This document shows positions 59,401-64,000 of a DNA stretch of 64,000 nucleotides, one piece after another. This stretch comes from Candidatus Latescibacterota bacterium. Its GTDB lineage: Bacteria > Latescibacterota > UBA2968. Every line of letters starts with the position of its first letter. Position 1 is the first letter of the stretch. The DNA lies in contig OZ220741.1 in assembly GCA_965116885.1 (NCBI GenBank), positions 4,928,001 to 4,992,000 on the forward strand, read 5' to 3'. The notes under the pieces were generated by a model. The model ran no database searches and was not told the origin of the DNA. It was given only the letters and a program-made list of their open reading frames with translations. Both the position numbers and the translations under genes were made by a program.

Positions 59401-61408
59401 GAAATCCAATATCTACAGGTGATTTCTCGACAAGAATCCCAACTGTTTCAGCACCAATAGTGAGGAGTTCCTCTGCGATTTCCAGCGCTTCTGCATCATT
59501 TTTGTATAAGTGTGTCGAACAGAAATCCTGAAGCGCTTTCTGGGCAACAGTTTTATCGAGGGCATCGCTTCCCGGTGAATCATGAGTTTCCCAAGCCAGC
59601 CGAGCCAATGCCCGCTTACGATTTTCCTCACTCAAACGTCCAGTGGTAGTCTCACGGGCGTGAGCCGCCTTTTCACGACGTTTGGGCTGTTCTTCTAACA
59701 AGAGACGTGTCAATTCCTCGTATGCTTTGAATCTGCTGCGAGGGAGATGTATTCTCTGAATAGCGAGAGCAATAAGGCCGTTTAACAGTAGGGGCACTTC
59801 TGCTAAACGGGATAAACGGACATCGCGGTGAAGGTCTCGTATGTGTTCGGCGGCTTCGGCTTTTGCTCTTGTTTCTCTCATGGCAATAGAATCATCATCT
59901 TCATCCTGAGAAGCAAAGGCGTTTGACCGATGCAGGAACCATCGTTCTGCCAAGACATGTTGTTGCTCATTGGTCAAACCGGCGAGCCGAGCTTTACGCC
60001 ATTTACTACTTAGTCCACCAATGCGCTCATAACCCAGTGGACGACTGCTGGCGATTGCCGGCACATTCCGATCTCCTACGAAATGTTCAAGCAGAGTAAG
60101 TGCTGTCCGAGCGGCACTCTCATTACTCCATTCATCAAGTCCATCTACAAAAAGCAGCAGACGCGAATCCTCTAATGCCTGCTGAACCAATGTAATCAAA
60201 TCTTTTCCAGCAGAGACTTTACGAAGCCAAGTCGTGAGGACATCTGAGAGCGAACTCTCTGTTTCTGACTCACCGACAAGTCGCGTCCACATGGCAAATG
60301 GAACCCATACAGGCAGGTATTGCCCCCAACGACGCGCGAATATCTCATAACGAGGCTCAGGACTCAGAAGATCAAGTAATATACAACGAAGGAGAGTACT
60401 CTTGCCGATACCAGGATCTCCTATTATAACTGATTGATCAGAGTCCGAAAGCCAATCAATTGCAGAGCGGCGCACTACCGAGGGGCGGGATATAACTCGT
60501 GTTCTTCGGGGGGAAGATGAGTCGTCGGTTGTTACATCAGTATGCGGTCGTTGATTGTCCTGGCCTTCCAATGAATAATTAATCGTTTCGGTACGAGAAA
60601 CTTGCTGTTCCTCCAAAATTTCGGGGATATGGGAAACCTGCTGTTCTTCCAAAATTTCAGGAGGAACAAACCGATCAATTAAAGAAAGAGGTTGAAAGTC
60701 GGAGTTGATGGAACCAGCAAGAGCAGGGAGACCGGGATCAGTGATCTCAAAATGTTGTGTATAGCAATGCCGGAGTAGCTCGCGTAGTCGTATAACCTCC
60801 TCAAGTTTTAAGCGACGGCTCGACAGTTTGTCAGCAGCTTCTTCACCACAGAATATCCGCACCCACTCACGCCCAAAAAAGTCATCTACTAAATCCGGAT
60901 GATCTTTCACTCGTTTAGAGATTTGCGTAATTCCAAGCGGCAGGAATTGGATATTTCGTTCGCGGAGGCGATCACCTTGCGCTTCGATTGCCTCTACAAG
61001 ATTAGTCGCTTCGGTTTCCACTGAGACTGCAAGTACAAACTCATCGGTTTTTGATGCCCAAGAGCCGTCCAAAAAATCAGAGACTGCTTTCTTTATTAGT
61101 GAGGGTCGAAACTGTTGATACCGTTTACACTGCCAAACTGAATATTTGGACGATTCCCCCTTACGGACATATATGTCTATACCTTCTTGGTCTTGTCCTG
61201 GAAGCCCATACACCTGACATCTTTCTACATCATCGCCACGCTCCGCGAGACGAACACACAGACTCTCAAAAGATTCCCAAGATAATTCATTTAACGGGAG
61301 GATCTGTGCTCGCTCGCTTACAGGAGGCGAAATGTGTGATTCAGGAGGAACCCATACCCTCGTGTATTTCTTTAACTTTGCCGTCATAGTGAACCTTGTA
61401 TCACTCAA
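56432..61408 (-). CDS. STAND/NACHT NTPase with N-terminal Mrr-like PD-(D/E)xK nuclease and C-terminal helical repeats (NLR/Avs-like)
   Basis: FESLC...YG..GQDQEGIDI...QCKR nuclease; Walker A GDPGIGKST; Walker B LLFVDGLDE; VPLLL; FLHRSFQEFLAA. Confidence 0.85.
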   Translation of the reverse strand: MSDTRFTMTAKLKKYTRVWVPPESHISPPVSERAQILPLNELSWESFESLCVRLAERGDDVERCQVYGLPGQDQEGIDIYVRKGESSKYSVWQCKRYQQFRPSLIKKAVSDFLDGSWASKTDEFVLAVSVETEATNLVEAIEAQGDRLRERNIQFLPLGITQISKRVKDHPDLVDDFFGREWVRIFCGEEAADKLSSRRLKLEEVIRLRELLRHCYTQHFEITDPGLPALAGSINSDFQPLSLIDRFVPPEILEEQQVSHIPEILEEQQVSRTETINYSLEGQDNQRPHTDVTTDDSSSPRRTRVISRPSVVRRSAIDWLSDSDQSVIIGDPGIGKSTLLRCILLDLLSPEPRYEIFARRWGQYLPVWVPFAMWTRLVGESETESSLSDVLTTWLRKVSAGKDLITLVQQALEDSRLLLFVDGLDEWSNESAARTALTLLEHFVGDRNVPAIASSRPLGYERIGGLSSKWRKARLAGLTNEQQHVLAERWFLHRSNAFASQDEDDDSIAMRETRAKAEAAEHIRDLHRDVRLSRLAEVPLLLNGLIALAIQRIHLPRSRFKAYEELTRLLLEEQPKRREKAAHARETTTGRLSEENRKRALARLAWETHDSPGSDALDKTVAQKALQDFCSTHLYKNDAEALEIAEELLTIGAETVGILVEKSPVDIGFLHRSFQEFLAAKHLSNLPFEQQKEFVKNYFENPQWHDVFLCLCHLNTRDGEVDDFVDIVENIELPPEMELSRQSFLAEVAFGDLHCSASIARRLAEDTFEIIEAGVHKRTRERLLELALDGLKSDAMRSLVESRIQRWYPLRYSYLRGFYEAVATWPKNDETQAILWRGLLDEEDENRKAAAESLAKVFGEDPSIGERLFELLFMPAESRLLACALHALCLGWGTDHRLTKILNDSRLSTDNALQSVALIHRVKRNEHDTEDRKILINLSQKHSSGSWYWKEDRVRALIAGWPDDLEVKREAIRSVVTKHYFNERVFDWEEAGIILLEGFPQDDEVAEIIAHLFQTEDYPNHLLGLHFNWGHLVKAFSGHQNLGLAVDDWIARKNFDRLFGDFELCLISCSERAKGYLLKANDKTGVITEYQARWLLQGWDMQDEEAATALMRFANSDVAKRAPDLLPDILPDKKLCRRRLLEMLREESEFIDQRVLVGMAKLGANALDEEVVEVVVSKCTDEVLSDTLFGGIGNLIEYFPNHPKGHEIASYHLHNRGGDLRAVAKVYNSNEEIRYKILELCSSFPTHLRQIVVDRLSRLGPEDDFAHRLLSKYDEDMDVNVKTSAAIGYITSVKRRSEISSGLLVQLKEGLRARGPDFSERRQAAFSALLELDRLDIVKTFWLEDGEKARDFGGILKPNLRLAAHLIRRWNRILKVFDERFWAQLSGVPYEFLTEMATRTSDPNLLNKIINRLKGGHKERPTPPLLQLCAREWRGSQRLRELCLISLVRNLSLVHDFRVGHWTGVAASIVAAEILAEQFANDTETLTKLESLVMQGNISDALVISLSAGWPDSEAWKQLSEQVEMPRLLFPAGFYLLAASSPPDEFVAKVSTIMAKFRGDIWEFPPSCSRAVATRFVRDKQVRELAFSRLEAQPTSFEKVNFPCFLLQNDDQPERLRTWIRSEIKRQSEGKHLAEIALDLSTGTVRSVSHVLLEHLMA

Positions 61409-61441
61409 ATTTGGACAATGTGGTCATGTCTAACTATTCTT

Positions 61442-62194
61442 TTAATGCGTCGTCATAGGAGATAAGGTTGTTCCAGAGTCATCAGTTGCGAATAGGTCGA
61501 GAGATCGGCGAATCGTGGCAATCAATTCTTTCTTGAAACCCTCGTCATTATCTCTGTCCCAGAAAACGGTTGTGCAGTGATTGGTATCGAAATGGGTGCT
61601 TTTCTCATTGAACTTCTTTTGTTCACAGACATAGATGACAGGCTTGCCCAGCCCTTCAGCATAACCAGCTTCCCAATACGCGCCAAGATTATCATGGGAG
61701 AGTTCAGCAATCACAAATGCTGCATCTCTAATCTGGACGCGCATGATGTTGTCGATAACTCCGGCTTGAGAAACATCGCGCATATCTACAAGGTCGTAGC
61801 CGGTATTTTCTTTTACCGTCGGTTTCACAACACTTTGAACGAAATTGTCCAAATCAGTATCGCCGAACTGCATGGCAATAAATCCGTAGTTTCCCCCGAA
61901 CTGACCTCGTTTTTCCGCTTCATACTGCTCCCATCCCCTCAAACTAAGGGTGACAAAAGAAAAAATCATTCCTCTTCTCCCCGACACTCGTTGAGGTTCT
62001 GACATACGGAGAAAGTCCTGTTCGTATAACTCTTTAACGATTTGTATGAAAAATTCTCTACTTGGGGAATCAGCGATCTTGGGATCACACGGAAGATTTC
62101 TGATAGGTTCCCCCGATTCCGATACCCTGTCCCCAACATATCGAATTAGATTCATTGCCTGCACTGCAGGGCTACTGAAGTTGTTAGTGGTCAA
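61442..62194 (-). CDS. Winged-helix + nucleoside 2-deoxyribosyltransferase-like (NDT/DRHyd) protein
   Basis: LSLRGW wHTH end; FIAMQF, VIAELSHDNLGAYWEAGYAEGLGKPVI, HFD. Confidence 0.8.
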   Translation of the reverse strand: MTTNNFSSPAVQAMNLIRYVGDRVSESGEPIRNLPCDPKIADSPSREFFIQIVKELYEQDFLRMSEPQRVSGRRGMIFSFVTLSLRGWEQYEAEKRGQFGGNYGFIAMQFGDTDLDNFVQSVVKPTVKENTGYDLVDMRDVSQAGVIDNIMRVQIRDAAFVIAELSHDNLGAYWEAGYAEGLGKPVIYVCEQKKFNEKSTHFDTNHCTTVFWDRDNDEGFKKELIATIRRSLDLFATDDSGTTLSPMTTH

Positions 62195-62203
62195 TATAGT
62201 CTC

Positions 62204-63232
62204 CTACACCAGATCCGCTTCTGGCGGCTGAATCGTCTCCAGCAATCGATTGATAACATCCTCGGCATTTACGCGATCGGCTTCGGCTCTAAAATTGGTC
62301 AAAATGCGATGGCGCAACACATTGGGCGCAACTGCTTGAACATCGCCAAAAGAAACGTGATATCGCCCCTTGAGCAGTGCCCGTGCCTTCGCCCCCAGCA
62401 ACAACCCCTGCACGCCGCGTGTGCCCGCGCCCCAACTCACCCATGAAGTCACAAAATCCGGCGCCGTATCGCCCGGACGGCTCGCCTGCACCAGTTGCAC
62501 CGCATAACGCGCCACAGGCTCGGCAACCGGAACCATCCGCACCAACCTGGCAAAATCGAGCATATCAGCCCCCGAAAACACTGCCTCGACCTCTTCAGCT
62601 TCAATCGACGTCGTGCGCGTCGCCACATCCAGCTCTTCATCTTCCGCCAAATAATCGATCCAGATATTCATCATAAAGCGATCCAGCTGCGCCTCGGGCA
62701 GTGGATAGGTCCCCTCCAACTCAATGGGATTCTGCGTCGCCAAAACGTAAAACGGTTGCTCCAGCGCGTGCAACCGCCCTCCTATCGTCACCTGCTTCTC
62801 CTCCATCGCCTCCAGCAGTGCAGCCTGCGTCTTGGGCGGCGTGCGATTAATCTCATCAGCCAACAAAATATGCGTAAAAATAGGACCCGGAATAAACCGC
62901 AACTCGCGGTGCCCCCCCACGCGGTCCTCGTCAATAATCTCTGTACCCGTTATATCCGAAGGCATCAGATCCGGCGTAAACTGCACGCGCTTAAAATCCA
63001 AATCCAAAATTTTCGCAATCGTACGCACCAGCAACGTCTTCGCCAAACCCGGTGCCCCCGTCAACAAACAATGACCGCCGCTAAACAACACAATCAGCAA
63101 CGACTCAATAACCTCATCCTGCCCGACGATCACCTTGCGAACCTGCTCCATCATCCGCGCGCGACCATCGCGCAACTTGTCTATCGCCTCGGCTTCAAAT
63201 GGCGTTTCCTGTACTTGAATGGTTTCTCCCAA
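62204..63232 (-). CDS. moxR: MoxR family AAA+ ATPase
   Basis: GAPGLAKT, RVQFTPDLMPSD, LADEINR, ATQNPIE, PLPEAQLDRF. Confidence 0.95.
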   Translation of the reverse strand: MGETIQVQETPFEAEAIDKLRDGRARMMEQVRKVIVGQDEVIESLLIVLFSGGHCLLTGAPGLAKTLLVRTIAKILDLDFKRVQFTPDLMPSDITGTEIIDEDRVGGHRELRFIPGPIFTHILLADEINRTPPKTQAALLEAMEEKQVTIGGRLHALEQPFYVLATQNPIELEGTYPLPEAQLDRFMMNIWIDYLAEDEELDVATRTTSIEAEEVEAVFSGADMLDFARLVRMVPVAEPVARYAVQLVQASRPGDTAPDFVTSWVSWGAGTRGVQGLLLGAKARALLKGRYHVSFGDVQAVAPNVLRHRILTNFRAEADRVNAEDVINRLLETIQPPEADLV

Positions 63233-63250
63233 AAATCACCTCAAATGTTT

Positions 63251-63328
63251 CGAATCAACGAATCAACGAATCGAAGCTCACACTGAATTTGGGTGGCGGG
63301 GTGGGATTCGTCTATTCGTCTATTCGTC
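63251..63328. repeat. Inverted pair of octamer tandem arrays
   Basis: (CGAATCAA)x~3 at 63251-63274 and (ATTCGTCT)x~3 at 63306-63328. Confidence 0.7.
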
Positions 63329-63329
63329 C

Positions 63330-64000
63330 TCAATGCGTCATCGCATACACCACGATATTAATACCCATCGGATACGCTTTGGGCGCGGAAAAATTGCGAA
63401 AATACTCGTAATTCTCGCCCTCGCGCTCCCAGCCATCACCCAAATCTGTATTGTGCATCACCACCACCATCAACCGCCCGTCCTGATCAAAAATGCCTTT
63501 GCAGTGCGCCTCAGAACCGTATTCGTCATAACGCCCTGCCCAGCCCTCATAAGTAATCCCCGTCGATTGCCACTCCCAGAAACTCCCCAGACCCGGCACC
63601 TGCGGCACCTCCTTAATATCAAACACAATGTGAAACAACTCGTGATCCAGCGGAATATCCACCAGGGGGAATTCATCGGGCGGCAACACCTGAGAAATCT
63701 CGTACACCCAATTTCGCCAGGCATCATCCCCCCAGAAATCATCCACCAGCAAAAAACCACCGCGCAACAAATACTCGCGCAACCCCTCCTGCTCGGACAC
63801 ACTCAAAGCCATCCGCCCCACTTCGAGCATATAAACAAAAGGATACTTAAACACCTCGGGATCGTCCAGACGCACAATCACATGCTTAAATTGTCCGTCT
63901 TCTGTGCGATTGACATTGAGCGTTGTAATTTGAGACAACCGCAGCGAAAAATTCTCATCCGACTCGGGATAATCCACCGACCAACTGCCCCTTCGCCGCC
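63330..64000 (-). CDS. DUF4159 family protein (5' end beyond the window)
   Basis: WSVDYP, LREYLLRGGFLLVDDFW, NTDLGDGWE, GINIVVYAMTH; frame open to the window edge. Confidence 0.88.
   Translation of the reverse strand, partial: RRRGSWSVDYPESDENFSLRLSQITTLNVNRTEDGQFKHVIVRLDDPEVFKYPFVYMLEVGRMALSVSEQEGLREYLLRGGFLLVDDFWGDDAWRNWVYEISQVLPPDEFPLVDIPLDHELFHIVFDIKEVPQVPGLGSFWEWQSTGITYEGWAGRYDEYGSEAHCKGIFDQDGRLMVVVMHNTDLGDGWEREGENYEYFRNFSAPKAYPMGINIVVYAMTH

Noticed and set aside
56432..61408. Assignment to a named Avs type (e.g. Avs4)
   Set aside because: Size and N-terminal nuclease are compatible, but subtype cannot be supported without HMM or phylogenetic analysis
53321..62210. Target-site duplication or integrase for island 2
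   Set aside because: No copy of the moxR 3' end or DUF58 5' end found by eye, and no recombinase or transposase ORF
12609..63286. Many long antisense/alternate-frame ORFs (e.g. 12609-13583, 13580-14497, 33194-34000, 41786-42700, 62495-63286)
   Set aside because: Shadow ORFs fully overlapping well-supported genes, with no domain motifs
1..64000. Retron, DGR, prophage or IS element
   Set aside because: No reverse transcriptase, phage structural gene or transposase motifs seen in any ORF

Overview
Bacterial chromosomal window: mostly core/metabolic genes plus two defence-type insertions. GWxTD, DUF6785, DUF4159/MoxR, sulfatase and PhyH genes suggest, by inference only, a Latescibacterota/Gemmatimonadota-like diderm. 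Island 1 (about 2.0-11.1 kb) carries a complete qatABCD anti-phage operon and AlbA_2/DUF4062-GHKL genes. It also holds remnants of hsdR and a TIR gene and two 12-bp VNTRs. It is bracketed by a 47-bp imperfect direct repeat that duplicates the 3' end of the gene at 11049-11894, and no integrase is visible. The middle holds a GWxTD/DUF6785/amidase operon, an ECF sigma-Rieske-beta-barrel module, a sulfatase/sugar-catabolic cluster with a TPP dehydrogenase, hicB-hicA, tRNA-Leu and tRNA-Cys. Island 2 (about 53.4-62.2 kb) splits a MoxR-DUF58-vWA operon. It contains vapBC and a Schlafen/AlbA_2 gene between two REP-like palindromes, plus a three-gene candidate defence operon (NDT-like protein, 1658-aa nuclease-NACHT protein, HEPN-like protein). 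All calls come from reading motifs by eye; no database searches were run.
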